Positions 13,216-27,720 of a stretch of 64,000 bases of DNA are shown here, one piece after another. Position 1 is the stretch's first letter. Each line of letters begins with the position of its first letter. The position numbers and the translations under genes are program-made. The notes below the pieces were generated by a model. It worked only from the letters and a program-made list of their open reading frames with translations, searched no databases and had not been told where the DNA came from. This DNA is from the human T2T-CHM13v2.0 reference genome, Homo sapiens. The stretch is taken from NCBI RefSeq assembly GCF_009914755.1, contig NC_060931.1, one strand, 5' to 3'.

Positions 13216-13607
13216 TGATGTCGTTTAGCTGTGTCCCCACTCAAATCTCATCTTGAACTGTAGCTCCCATAATCCCCACGTATCATGGGAGAGACCCGGT
13301 GGTACGTAATTGAATCATGGGGGCGGGTTTTCCCATGCTGTTCTCATGATAGTGAATATCTCATGAGAACTGATGGTTTCATAAAGGGCGGTTCCCCTGC
13401 ACATGTTCTCTTGCCTGCAGCCATGTAAGAGGTGCCTATGCTCCTCCTTCACCTTCCACCATGATTGTGAGGTCTCCCCAGCCATGTGGAACTGGGAGTC
13501 CATTTTTACTTAGTAAATTTAATTTACTTTGTAAATTAAGTCTTTTACTTTGTAAATTACCTAGTCTTGGGTATTTCTTCAAAGCAGTGTGAAAATAGAC
13601 TAATACA
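13216..13607 (+). mobile_element. THE1C-like MaLR solo LTR
   Basis: TGATG...GCTGTGTCCCCAC start, GACTAATACA end, perfect 5-bp TSD CCTGG (13211-13215 / 13608-13612). Confidence 0.95.
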
Positions 13608-16320
13608 CCTGGATAATGATAAGGTTTGTTTTGTTTTGCTATCATACTCATCTGAGTGTTTCAGGCCTATGATATGGCCAGATTTGCATTAACTTACAAA
13701 GCAAGAGGTATAAAATTCTTTGGAGTGAGTTCTTTCTTCTGCAGTTATCTGCATGGTAGAGATTGTCCAGAAGAGTTTTTTTTTTTTTTTCCAAAGAGCA
13801 GCCTCACTTCACCATGTGATTTGCTTTGAGATGGAAATGGCCCAGGAAATGATAGGGTTTATATCTATCTTCTTACTTAATAGGAAAGCATGCAGATGTA
13901 AAGAACTCCTCTCTGCCCCAAATCTCTGATAATTTCCCCAAGAATAAGTATTGAGAACTCCAGAATTCAGATGTTTCAACTCCTTCACAAGACACTTTTA
14001 AAGTACTTGAATAATAATTTCTGTATAACTTTCTGCTGTGTGTAGAAATGACTCTTTTGCTTCTCACCATTGACATATTACTGGAAGTGCAAACAACATT
14101 TGATGATGTAGCTATAATACTGGGAGTTTTGAACAATAGCTATCTCTAATCACATTTGTCAAAAGCAGACTAGAGATCTTACCTGTCTGAAGTTGTCAAC
14201 CCGTAGGCCATTTTTCTAGAGGCAACCTAAAGTGCTGAATAAGATTTGCAAGTGGAAAAAAATGCTATGTCACCGAGGTAGAGGTAAGCTTGGAGCCCAA
14301 GTACTGTGCATAATTCTTCAAAGGTTATGAGAATGACAGCTATTAGCAGGCTGAAGGCACAATTCTTTAAGAACTAACACACAGCAGTCTTTGTTGCCTT
14401 TTGCCCTAAAATCTCACATCACATTCTATTTGGTTAGACAGCTATTGAACTCAAAAGAACTTCAGAGTTTCTTTCAAGTTTCTTTTCCTACCTTTCTCTT
14501 TTTAGTGGTATAAATGCATTCAATCTCTTGGGCACCCTTTGAATTATTTTATTAAATTCTGCAAGATCTTAGTGATTGGTTTCTGGTATTTCCTCCATTA
14601 TCAAGACCACTGCTAAATCTTAAGGGCAATGTTATGGGTATAGAAAAAAGAAAATAAAGATGCATCAAGATAGATATGTTAGATAGAGAACCATCACTCA
14701 ATTACCTGCCAGAACGTTGGAGAGTGACTGTGATGACACCGGGTCTAAAAGCATTTGAAATATTTAAAAAGAAATGTAATAACAGATCAACCCCCTATAG
14801 AAATCGTATTTTATTCTACTGAATTGTTTCTTGGAAGCATTTACGTCTTTAACCAATGGAAAGATGAAACAGCTTTTTTTCTTTTTTTGACAATTAAAAA
14901 AGTTTGGTCCAACTGAATTTAGAATATATACACTTGGATAGTTTGCCCATTTGTTTCAGCTAACTGGTAGGGTTTTTAAATGTGTACTAATTGTACCTCC
15001 TATTTATAGAAAAAAAGTGCTGTTCTTTGAGAGAGAGAAAGAATCCAGGAAATATGATGCTTAAAGGTAATGTCTTTCACTACACCCACTGAAGGTCACT
15101 TTATCTATCCAAGGGTAAAGTTTTTCTTTCTCTCTTTTATTTTTATTGAAGTTGGACTGCAGCCTGCATAGACTTTCTTTTTCCTTTAAAGATATCGTTT
15201 TCCGCCTAATTGTGCCCAGCTTCATTTATACCCTGAAAAGGATTGTGTTTGTGCTTACATACTCAGGAGACTCTTTCACTCAATAGCCAAACTCCAGCAA
15301 CAGCCCTCTGGGATATTTGAGTAAATGTAAGTGAAAGTTCCCTGTGTTTGTCTCTGTGTTCTTTTTAAACAAAAGTTTAACTCAGGGCACCGTGGGCATA
15401 TTTAAAGAAATTTATCTGTAGAACTGTCTTCCAGCTAAGATCTGAAAAATACATTTTGGCCTGCAAAAGTGTTCATCAGTCAGCAGAATTTCCAGTAATG
15501 CCTCTTGTATTTTCAAGCCACTTTCTCCCCATATTAATAGGTAAAAGAACTAGCAGCACATGCCTACAGCCCATAATGATGTGCCTTTAAAACTTTCTGT
15601 GAGAACTTAGCAAAGGATTAAAAAGGAAAGGGCAAACCAAGGATAGCAAATTGATTCAATTCCAGTGGAATGCCAATTCCAGTCATTTAGTGAGTATGGC
15701 ATCCCATGCAAGCTAAGGGGAATCATGAGGATGCAGTCAGTAGGAAAGCATGCTGTGATTGATTTGATTTTGCCATGGGCATGGGAAGGCAAATGATGAC
15801 ATACGTTACACACGTATTCCACGTCTGGCTTAATCTTCAACATCAGGTTTGTATAGTCCTACAAATTACCTGTTTGGGTTTCTGAGCTACATCATTCATA
15901 TTCTGTTAATTTGGGATTCTTACTTCCAAATGAATATGAAGATTTGTATTGGATTTCTTTAACTAGTGAAATGTTCAAATCTGAGCAATAATTGAAGGTT
16001 CAGTAACAGGCCAGCTTTGCTTGCTTGGTCTTCCAGTTCTAGATCTAGGGACATTGCTTTGATATTTATGACCATAACCTACTTTAAGCAGCCTAGCTTC
16101 ATCTCCTTGAGAGCCCTGTGCATGGTACAAAAATCCTTTTGTGTACATTTTGTCCTTTTTCTTCCTGGGAGCAGAATCATGGTACTGCCTATAGACATGT
16201 GGTCAGCCTTTACACTTAAATCAAGAAAATGGCAGGACCTTTGTCTTTTGTACAACTGTAAACATTTGAATGTCCCTTACACTTCATATTTCTCATCTTG
16301 CTCACTGCTGGGACTGACTC

Positions 16321-16619
<299 letters not shown>

Positions 16620-17969
16620 AAGAGACTGACTCTTATTTCCTGTTCTGGTCAGTGAGGCTGGGCTGTCCCTGATTAACCTGCTTTTACATGATCTAATTGG
16701 CCACACTAACAGCTCCTTTTTATTTTTAGATGCTGTGTTTAGATTTTTGTTTTGATTCAGAAATAAATTTTAGGCTTTGAGCTACTTTGGCCTTTATTAA
16801 TTTGTGCAATGAACTCACAATACAATACATGCTCTTCAGCTTCATTGAATTTGTTGTTTACACAGAGATTGATATTTTTCTTACATAAGTGGTTTAAGTC
16901 AGGAAATAAATAACTTATTCAACTGGGTAAATATATTAATAAGAAGGACTTTGGTGATACGATTTAAAGCAAATCAAAGAAATTTATTTTAAATGTGCTC
17001 CTGGTTTTTAAAAACATGCACTGAATAAGCTGAGCCCATACCTGGAATAGGAATCCAAGTCTAGACTATCAAATTAAATAAAACAAACTCCTCCAAAAAT
17101 AAAAAGTCAGCTAAAGAAAATTGGAGAATTGAATATAAAAATGGATGTGGTGCAGGTGGCCATTACTTTGAACAGAAAAAACTCCAGCTTGTAGCGACAG
17201 AGATGAAGAACCTGGAGAGGAGAATGCTGATCTACTAAAGCAGATGGTCCAAACAAACACGAGCTAGGAAAACAAAGCAGAAAGTCTGGGAGAAGAGCCA
17301 ACATCTACAATGGACTAATAAAAGCGAACAAACACCTCGGCAACCACATCCGACAGCTAGGAACCTGAATTGGCACTGCTCAGCTCATTGTTTTGGGCAT
17401 ATCAGAAAAAGCAGAGGGACCACCAGCCCGTAGATGCTCCCATTCACTGCGGGCCAACAACCACTGGGGAGAATTAGAATCCTCCTGGTGCCAGGAAACC
17501 TCTTGAAGTTTGCATATTACCACAGCTAGTGCTATTCTCATTCAAATATACCAGTAAACCAAGGAATTGTGTAAGATATTATATTAAAAAGTTGTAATCC
17601 ACAGTAGAAAGCTTTAAAGAAAGAGAATGGTGAGAACGAAGGAATGCCTTATTTAAGGATTGATTGTTGTATTTTTCATAAGTAGTTGTGTTTTTAGTTA
17701 GATAACAAACACTTAGAGGGGCTTTTAAGAGGGAGAGAGAAGAGCAAGGAATTCAAAAATTCTTTTCTTTGTCCATGCAGTGCTGTGCATATTAATTTGG
17801 TGAATGATTATTGTGTTTAATGTTTCAATAGTATGATTTTAACAATGGATCCTATAGTTAATTCTGTATAATAATTTGTAATATAACCCATCTTGGCTGC
17901 ATTATTTTTTACCCACTGCACTTTACTGCTCGTATTTTACAATCACAACATAGTGGTTACGATCTTTGG

Positions 17970-18180
17970 GGACAGCTAGACCTTGGCTTGAATTACCTAC
18001 TTCACTTACTCTTTGACTATTGAGAGGTTTAAGTTCCTTGACCTCTCCAACCCTCAGTTTCCTCAACTCCAAGCTGAAGATAATAACATTTAATGAAACA
18101 TATATTGAAACTATGAAATGAAATGTATAAAAAGTGCTTAGTTTTTGGCATAGGGCAAGCAGTCGATTACTGGTAGCTAT
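17970..18180 (+). mobile_element. MIR
   Basis: CCCTCAGTTTCCTCAACTCCAAGCTGAAGATAATAA...AAAGTGCTTAG...TGGCATAGGGCAAGCAGTCGAT matches the MIR core and tail. Confidence 0.7.
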
Positions 18181-18703
18181 CAACTTGTTTTTCTGTCAGT
18201 GCCAAATAAAATTGATAACAGAATTACTAAAAAATCATATAAACTAATAAGGAAATCTTTAATAACCAACTAATAATAGAATTAGTATTTTGAGACTTCT
18301 GACCTTCCTAATACCACATTATCAAACTTCAGATCTGTCTAGAACTATTTTAATTTGGAAAAAAAATAGTCTGATAGCTGCCTCTATATGGGCAAATGGA
18401 GATACAAGGAATTCTCCAGAGAATGTGTAGTCAAACAGATTTTCACATCTTGATTCCAGACACTACAAACAAAAGGCATGAACATTTACTTTAGATAGAT
18501 ACAGCCACATTGTCCTCTAAAAGAGTACTTATTTACATAGCTACCATCGGTGTAAAAGAAAAAAAAAAGGCTGTTTCTCTATATACTTTCAAATTTTTGC
18601 CGATTTGTTGGCTGAAAAGTTGTACCTTGTTATTTTCATTGACATTTTCTTAATTATTAGTGAGGCTGAGCATCTTTTTATAAGTTATTGGCTACTTACC
18701 TAG

Positions 18704-19059
18704 TGATATGGTTTGGCTGTGTCCCCCACCCAAATCTTAACTTGAATTGTATCTCCCAGAATTCCCACGTATTGTGGGAGGGACCCAGGGGGAGGTGGTT
18801 GAATCATGGGGGTCCATCTTTCCCATGCTGTTCTCATGATTGTGAATAAGTTCTCATGAGATCTGATGGGTTTATCAGGGGTTTCCACTTTCACTTCTTC
18901 CTCATTTTTCTTTTGCCCCGGCCATGTAAGAAGTGCCTTTCGCCTTCACCATGATTCTGAGGCCTGCCTAGTCATGTGAAACTGTAAGACCAATTAAACG
19001 TCTTTTTGTTCTCAGTTTCAGGTATGTTGTTATTAGCAGCATGAAAACGAACTAATAAA
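18704..19059 (+). mobile_element. THE1A-like MaLR solo LTR
   Basis: TGATATGGTTTGGCTGTGTCCCC start, ACTAATAAA end (terminal CA mutated), perfect TSD CCTAG (18699-18703 / 19060-19064). Confidence 0.95.
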
Positions 19060-19769
19060 CCTAGCTTCTGTTAATTGGTTGATCTTATAGTTTGACAACT
19101 TTTCTACTCAATTATTTGTGTTTTTCTTATTGATTTATAGGAACTCTATACATATTTTAATTCATAATGTATATTGCAAATCCATATTCCCATCCACTAC
19201 CTGCCTTTTAATTTTTGGTTGTTTTACTCCATAGGAATTATTACTATTTATGTCAGTGTACATCTTTTTCTGTAAGGCCTTTGGGCTTCATATCTAACTT
19301 ACGAAGATTTCAAATTCAAAGAGAAATCTGTATTTTAAATGCTTCTAAAGTTTTAAAAAATGTTTAGTGATTTATACAAAATTGACTTTTAAAATATTAT
19401 ATGGGGTGGAAATCAGAATTAATAATTCCATTAATGTTTTCTCTGTAAGAATATTCAGGGTCCTCATGTAATTTTTGAGTACTCCATTTTTTTCACCACT
19501 GATTTGAATATTATATTTATTAAGTATTAAATATATATATAGTTTTAAATTCATTTTGCTTGCTTTCTTTGATCTAGTCATACATTTCTGTATCCTGTAC
19601 TTCTTTACTTGTCTTTAAATAAGTAACATAATCTTAAAATGAATTGGCTTTATTGTGTGTTTTAATATATAGAAAGTGCTCACTCATTATTTTTTATGTG
19701 ATGGTCTCATAATTCTTATTCTTTTAGATAAAATTTAAAATTAGCTTATGAAGTTCTATCAGAAATCCT

Positions 19770-20083
19770 GGTTGGGCATGGTAGCCACACCTGTAATGTT
19801 AGCACTTTGGGAGGTCAAGGCAGGAGGACTGCTATGAGTCCAGGAGTTTGAAACTAGCCTGGACAACATAGGGAGACCTCATGACTACAAAAAGTAAAAA
19901 TATTAGCCAGGGTGGTGGCGAGCCTGTAATCCCAATGACTCATGGGGCTGGGGCTGTTGGATCTCTTGAGTCTGGGAGTTCAAGGCTGCAGTGAGCTGTC
20001 ATCACACCACTGCACTCCAGCCAGAGCAACAGAGCAAGACTGTCTCTAATATAAATAAATAAAATTAAATAAAAATTTAAAAA
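19770..20083 (+). mobile_element. AluJ (Jo-like) SINE
   Basis: Diverged Alu dimer with J diagnostics (GGAGGACTGCTATGAG, GAGTTCAAGGCTGCAGTGAGCT) and degenerate A-rich tail. Confidence 0.93.
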
Positions 20084-20412
20084 GTGTTATTTATATTAGG
20101 CTGAAGTTTCAATTAACTAAAAGTTTGTGAAGCTGTAGCATTTTAATTGCACAGACTTCCATGTAAGAACAAAGTTTTCTTGTCTTTAAAAATATTTATT
20201 TAGTTAAGTTTTATCATATTCTTGATATTGATCTTTAACACTTTCAATAACATTTATTCCTAAGTATTTTATAATTTTTAAGAATGGGGACATTTTTATT
20301 GTTAATTTTAAGCTATCATCCCTACCAAGTATTTGTTTATTAATTTTCAAAGTAATACCTGTGCACAGTTTAATATTAAATAATAAAAAAGAGTTCTCCT
20401 TGGATTGAAAAC

Positions 20413-20595
20413 CCTGGTGTGCGGGAGCAAGCTTGTGTGGATCTCTTCCCAACTCTGTGTTCAGGGATGACAAATTGTTATTTTTAAATTGGCCATGGTG
20501 GGAGTATTTCTACCACAGAAATTGGCATGTGCTATAAATCTGAACTTTTTTTTTTCCTGGAGAGCAAATTTTAAACATTTATCAGCCTAACACTG
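20413..20595 (+). mobile_element. MER63A-like hAT DNA transposon MITE
   Basis: ATCTCTTCCCAACTC...GGCCATGGTGGGAGTATTT...GGAGAGC...TTAAACATTTATCAGC...CACTG matches the remembered MER63A consensus. Confidence 0.75.
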
Positions 20596-21915
20596 CAACA
20601 ACACTACTCCACTCCAATTCCCACCCCCAGAGACAACAATTTTCAACATTTTTAGCAGTCTCTTCAGCTATGTGTATCTGTTTCTAAATATGCTTTGTTG
20701 GTTTCCTTTTTCTTTTTTAAAAATTTCATTAGCCATTGCTTATGGTATTTACTTCCCACCTTGAGGGATGAGAATTTCCACCACTCCTCTTTCTATAATA
20801 GTTTCTATAATAGTTACATCTCATTTTATTCAGGCACACTATTTTGATTATGTCCATATTTTTCATGAGTTATATACTATAATTTAGTTTTCATTCTTAT
20901 ACAACCTTTTTGTCCTTATTTGAGTTAATAATTGCCTAATTTTTCTTAGCTTAGTTTTCTGTGAATATATCACTAATTATCCTCTTCACTCAATGAATGT
21001 GTGAAACTTCTACAATAAAATCAAATGCCAGGGAGTTTACCTATAAGCTTCATTTCTTCCCCTTTGGAGACATTCCTGGAGCCCTGCACCTTCCTATTCC
21101 ATTCTGCTCTCGATGTTACTATGGAAGTGTCATCCTTGGGCTTTCCTTCACCATCATTTTGGGAATTCCTTTTACTTCTGTTCACTGGAATTTATTTTCC
21201 TGGGCTATTTCTATATGTTGAACCACCCAATTAGCTTCCTTAAAAAGGGTGTTTTGAAGATCCTTTTTACGGGTACTTTGCAGGACTGAAAGTATCCTTA
21301 TTCTTGCATCATACTTGGTTGATAGTTAAACTGAGTATAATGTTCAAATTGGAAATCATTTTTCTCTAGTGATTTTAAAGACATTGCTCTGTTGTCTTAC
21401 AGATTCCAATGTTGCTGTAAAAAGGTCTGATGCCATTATCATTTCGAATATTTTGTAGGTGGCCTCTTTTGTTCTCTCTCAAAGCTTTTAAGACTTTCTT
21501 TTTAAATCACAGGTATTCTTAATTCAAATGATATCCCTTAGATGGGCATGTTTTCCTTCATTTGGCAGATTTTTTGAGGATGAGGGTGCTTAAGCAGTTC
21601 CCTCTGAGATTTATTAATTTTTAAAATTGGTTACCAAAAATATATAAAAAATACTTTATCTTTTTAATGTTGCCTTTTTGACCATCTGTCTGGATTTTGT
21701 TATTCTAACATTCTAATTTTTTTGTTGATTTTCTTGGATATTTTACATGAATATCATCAATAAATAATGACTTTTTATCTATTCGTCCATATTTTCATAT
21801 TCCTTATTTTTCTTGTCTTATCTAATTGTCCAAGACATCTAGGTCAATGGAGAATAGTAACTGCAAACAGCAGATATTCTTTCACTTTCACTGACTTTAA
21901 TGGGAAAGTTCTTAA

Positions 21916-22257
<342 letters not shown>

Positions 22258-25200
22258 AGGCATACACTTTTTAAGTGAAGGACACTTGATTTCATTCCCA
22301 GCTTTATATAATTAGTATGATAAATAGCTGGTACATTTTCGCTATTTTATCTTGACATTAATTTTTAATAATATATGTATATGTACATATATATTCTTAT
22401 ACATGTGTAATTTTGCATTCTTTGGAAAATTGATTTGAGGCTATGATGAATTATTTTGTTAAGAAACTGCTGAATTGTTGCTAATACTTTATTAGGAATT
22501 TTACATGAATATTCTCAAAATAGGTGTTCTAAAGTTACCTTTTAAGTGCTTTTCTTCTGCTTTGATCAGGTTATGTTAGCCTTTAGAAATGTTCTGGCTA
22601 ATCTTTTGTTAATATGACAATTTGACTGATTTATTTAAATCTCACTTGTCTGAATATATTGAGATTTTTTTATTAGCCTAATACATGTTCAGGTTTTATA
22701 GTTATTGCAAAGGACATTTGAGATAATATATAATACGAACAAGATTTCTCTATATACCTACTTATTGTAAGCTTACTAATTATTGTTATTTAACTGAACA
22801 AAACTTTTTACTTTTAGGTTCTTTATTACTTTATTACTTTTGCATAGAGGTTTATTAGAGTACCCTTCTATGATTATAATTTTTGACAATATCTTCCTTC
22901 ATATATAAATTTTAACTTTAAATTCCATGTTGCTTAGTGTATAAAATTTAAAACTATGTGGATTTGGCCTTCTACCAATCTAAATATTCATATTGTTTCA
23001 TTTCATACTTTTGTTCTTATTTTAGTATTACATTTTTGCTAATAGTAATACTGTAGCACGTGCTCATAGAGGGCTTTCTTTGGGGTTCATGGACAACAAC
23101 AGGCTGAAAATCTTTGCTCTTGGATTAGAGAAATGTGGTGTGTTTCACAGCTGGGCGTTACACACTTACATACTACATAGTTATCTCCCTGTCTTTTGAG
23201 GAGGTTTGCTTTGCTTTTCTTTCTGGCCTGGATATCTAGGCTAAAAGCCCTCTCATGGAAGAGTTTTCTTTCTTTGGAAAGTAATTCTTAAGACTTTAAC
23301 CTGGGAAGCAAATGTCAGTGTTCCTAGATGTTTTGGTTTTGGTCTGGGAGAAGGAGGGCCAACACTGACACAGCAGTTGCTGTTTGACTGATGGTATTTT
23401 AATTAATTGTACCCATGAATGTCCTGCTGTTTGAATTTGCTGACTCTGAGCTTGGAGTTTCTCTGGAGTTCCTTTGGGAAGAAAGGTTCTCACCTTGGCA
23501 ATGGCTTTCTCTCAGGCCTACTTTCGGTTGAAGTTTTTTCACTGTAGTTTCTCTCAGTTTGATCGTCTCTTTATTCTCTTGTCTAGAAATCCTTCTGTAT
23601 TTCTGGTTTGTTGATGGCATTTTTTCTTCTTGATGACTGCAGTTATTGTTGAATTCTTATTTTAGACTATTTTTTTTTAGCCATATTGGGATTTCAGAAA
23701 GAACATTGTGCTCTGCCTGCTGTCTCAAGTTGATAGTGTCATGTTTTTTAACAGACTAGGACTTTTTTTGTGAATATAAAATATCTAATATCTAAATATA
23801 AAAAATATAACCATTACCATCCAGATTAAGAATTAGAATATGATAATGACCATTGGATCCCATTGTGTATTACAGCCCAGCACATCTTCCTCCTCTCCAA
23901 GTGGTAACCACTCTCTTAAATTTTGTGCACATCATTCCTTTGCTTTTAGTAATAATTTTACTATATATGTTTATCTCCCCAAACAGTATATGGTTTAGTT
24001 TTGCATATTTTGTACTTTATATAAACAGAATGTCTTCTTTGGCAGTTTACCTTTTTGCTTAGCATATTATTTGTGGGATTCATCCCTGTTGATAAATGCA
24101 GTTCTAATTTATTGGTCACTTTTGCAGATGTACAATGTTCCACTGAATAAAAATAGTGCTCGTTCTCTTGTTGGTAAACATCTGAGTGGTTCTAAATCTT
24201 TTTTATTAGAAACAATACTACTATGATTCTTTTACTTTTCTTCGAATGCACACAAAGAATTCTTACGGTTTATACAAATAGGGTTAGAATGATTGAGTCA
24301 TGAACTATATACACATCTTTAATTTTATTAGATAACTTAACCTTTTCCCAAAAGTTGTACCCAGTACATTTCCACAAGTTCTATGTCAAAGTTTTCAAGG
24401 CTCCTCTCCCTCAGCAATATTTTCAAAGCTTTAAAATGTCTGCAAATATATTATATGGAAGGTTGTATTTCATTGGGCTTTTCATTTACAGTTTGTTGAT
24501 TCCTATGATCCTGAACATCCTTTCATATGTTTATGGTATTCAAACTCCCTCTGTGATATTCTCCTTTATATTATTTGCACATTTTATTGGCATCTTTTTC
24601 TTTTAAATTTACTTTTAGGAGTTTATTAAAATAAATTTTAGGTATCAACCCTTTTTTGATTATATCTAATGAACATCACATATATTATAAATGTATTATC
24701 TCTTTTTACTTCTAATGTTTTCATCATGGTTTGGGCTTTTTGTATCTTTTAATGGAAATATTTCTGTATCTTGGTCTTAAAGTTATTTTATACATTTTAA
24801 TGTTTTGTTCCTTATATTCGAGTGATCCATATGGAATTGAGTTTTGGAGTACATTACGATGTAGTAACACAATTGTATGTTCTTATTTCATTTGGAATTC
24901 CCAACACCATTATTTCTCCACTGATAAGCAATTCCACTTGTTATATATCAACTTTACATATATTTATAGGTCCAATTCTTTGTTTCATTTGTCTCTGTCA
25001 TCTTTTTGCCAATTCCATGTGTGTTAATTGTATTTTTATTATAGGCACTAATGTCCATGAAGTATTTTTTTCCTTTGTACATGTTTTAGTAACATCTTGT
25101 CAAGTCCTCTCATGACCCTGTAGATATTTTGATTTTGCTATTAATTAAATTAATGAATTTTGAAAAATTGACATCTTTTACATATTATCATCCTATCCAT

Positions 25201-25869
25201 TAATGTGACCAACTCTTCAACTTTTAAATGGTCTTAAAATATGTCTTTCAGCAAAGATTTTAACTTTTTCTATGATGACCCTGTGTCACTTTTCTTAGAT
25301 GTATTACTGGGTGTAATTAGTTATTTTATTTTTTATTGTAAATGAACTTATTAGAGATACATTTTTAAACTCTCCGTGAGTGGTAAATACAAGTGCAATG
25401 GATTTTTGTACGTTTATCTCATATCCGACAATCTTTTAAACTCTATTATTCTTATAACTTGTATATTATTTCATGCTTTATCTGTCCACAATTTGTACAT
25501 AATGACAATATTAATTCTTTTTTGCCTATCTTGATTCACTTTATTTTGTTTTCTTGTCTGATATTCCTGGCTATAACCTCCAGTAAACTTTAGAAGAGAA
25601 TGCTAATAAGGAGTATCTTTTTCTTGCTTTTAAAAGAAATATGACTATAGGCTTTGTTGTACTATTTGTAGTTATATTTTATCAAGTTCAAGGATTCTCT
25701 TCTATTCCTAGTTTCTGAGATTTTTGTTTTTAAAGTCTTGAATGCCAATTTTATAATATGTTTTTCCTATTCTATCAAGGTGATCATATAATTTTTCTCA
25801 TTGGATGTGTTAATATAATGTAATATAAATCTTGCTGGAAATCAGTGGACCCCAAACAGTCCCTCTATA

Positions 25870-26562
25870 ATTTTATTTTTATTTATGTTTATTATTTATT
25901 TTTAAATAAGGTTTACTTAATCAGAGAGCCTCTGAAGGCATCAGGTTTCTGTCATTTTTTTTTTAAAGGCAATAAACTGGCAACTCGGGTGCATGATGGG
26001 TAGGAACTGGGCATGGGGAGCTGGGAGGGGTACATGGAGAGAACACAGGGGAACAGGCACTGGGGAGGGGAGGAGAGAGAAGAAGGTGGAGGAGTATCAG
26101 ATGGGACCATAGAACAGTCAGACCCAGCTCCTAGCCACCCCTGGGACAGGCAGACAATCGGACAGACATGGATACAGACACACACAAAGACACGTGTGTT
26201 CTGTGAGCTCAAGAGCCTCTGCTGTCCTGCACAAGCAGGGATCAGTCAGAGCCAAGTGTGGAGAAACTCAAGCAGATGCACAGGCTGCGCCTGATCCCTC
26301 AACCCTGACCCTCAGGCCCACAGTGTCTCCACTGGCCACCCAGAGGCTCTCTCCCCAGGGACTGGACATCCAGGCCCAGCGCAGGTCATGGCAAAGCAGA
26401 AGTCAGCTAGAAGAGAAAACCTCCAGACCACTCATGCCCAGCCCTGGCAGGAAAAGAAAGGGGTGGGAGGCAGAGAGGCAGGCAGTCCTTCTGTCCATCC
26501 ATGGTCACACGATTGCATTTAACAGGAAGAAGACAGCCCCCAGTGCCAGGCCAGTTCAGCCA
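25870..26562 (-). pseudogene. Putative retrotransposed mRNA 3' UTR fragment (parent gene not recognised)
   Basis: Abrupt GC-rich non-repeat block inside antisense L1M text that resumes at ~26570. On the minus strand it ends ATTAAGTAAACCTTATTT followed by a degenerate A tail (plus-strand T-rich 25870-25903). No credible ORF. Confidence 0.6.
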
Positions 26563-27101
26563 TAAAATATATATATTTTATATATATTTCTTTGATTTCA
26601 TTTATGAATGTTTAGGTTTTAATGTTTATATTCATGAGTGTGTTGGTTTGTAATTGTTTTTCTTGAAATTCTTTTGTGTGGTTTTTATATCTCTAAATGA
26701 TTTGGTAAGTATTCCCTATCTTTTAATCGCTAGTTATGTTTAAATGATGTTGGAATTATGTTCAATTCCAATATATTATATCCTACTCTAGTAGAAATTT
26801 TCTGTAGGCCTAGTGTTTTATCTTGTGTGAAGGTTTTTAATCACTGTTTCAATTTTCTTAACCATTCGGTTTTTTTTTTTTAACTAAGTTTGGTTATTTT
26901 TTTCAAGTAATTTGGCCATTTTGTCCCTAACCCATTATCTTATCCTAATTTATCCTTGACCCATTATTTCCCTATGACTATGTTTAAAAATTTGAAATAT
27001 ATGAGTTGATGTAGTTCCTATAATGTGTTTCTATCTTAATTTTTAGTCAAAATATTACATGGCCTATATGAAACTATCCAAACTCACTGTATGCCTTTTT
27101 A

Positions 27102-27720
27102 AAATAAATTTTTAATTTTTGTGGATACATACTAAGTGTATATATTTATAGGGTACATGGGATGTTTTGATACAGGCATGCAATGTAAAATAAGCACATC
27201 ATGGAGAATGGGGTATCCATCCCCTCAAGCATTTATCCTTTGAGTTACAAACAATCCAAATTATATTCTTTAAGTTATTTAAAAATGTACAATTAAGTTA
27301 TTTTTGACTGTAGTCACCCTGTTGTGCTATCAAATAGTAGGTTTTATTCATTCTTTTTTTTTCTTGTACCCATTAACCACTCCCACCTACACCCAATCCC
27401 CCCACTAACTTTCCCAGCCTCTGGAAACCATCCTTCTACTCTCTACGTTCATTAGTTCAATTGTTTTGATTTTTAGACCCCACAGATAAGTGAGAATATG
27501 TGATGTTCATCTTTCTGTGTCTGGCTTATTTCAGTGAACACAAGGATCTCCACTTCCACCTGCGTTGTTGCAAATGACTGGATCTCATTGTATTTTATGG
27601 TTGAAGAGTACTGCATTGTGTATACACACCACATTTTCTTTATTCATTCATCTGTTGATGGACACTTAGGTTGCTTCCAAATCTTAGCTATTATAAACAG
27701 TGTTGCAACAAACATGGGAG
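27102..27720 (-). mobile_element. L1MA1/L1MA2-like 3' end
   Basis: TTTTGATACAGGCATGCAATG...GGGGTATCCATCCCCTCAAGCATTTATCCTTTGAGTTACAAACAATCC. TSD TGCCTTTTTA at 27092-27101 and 27721-27730. Confidence 0.9.
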
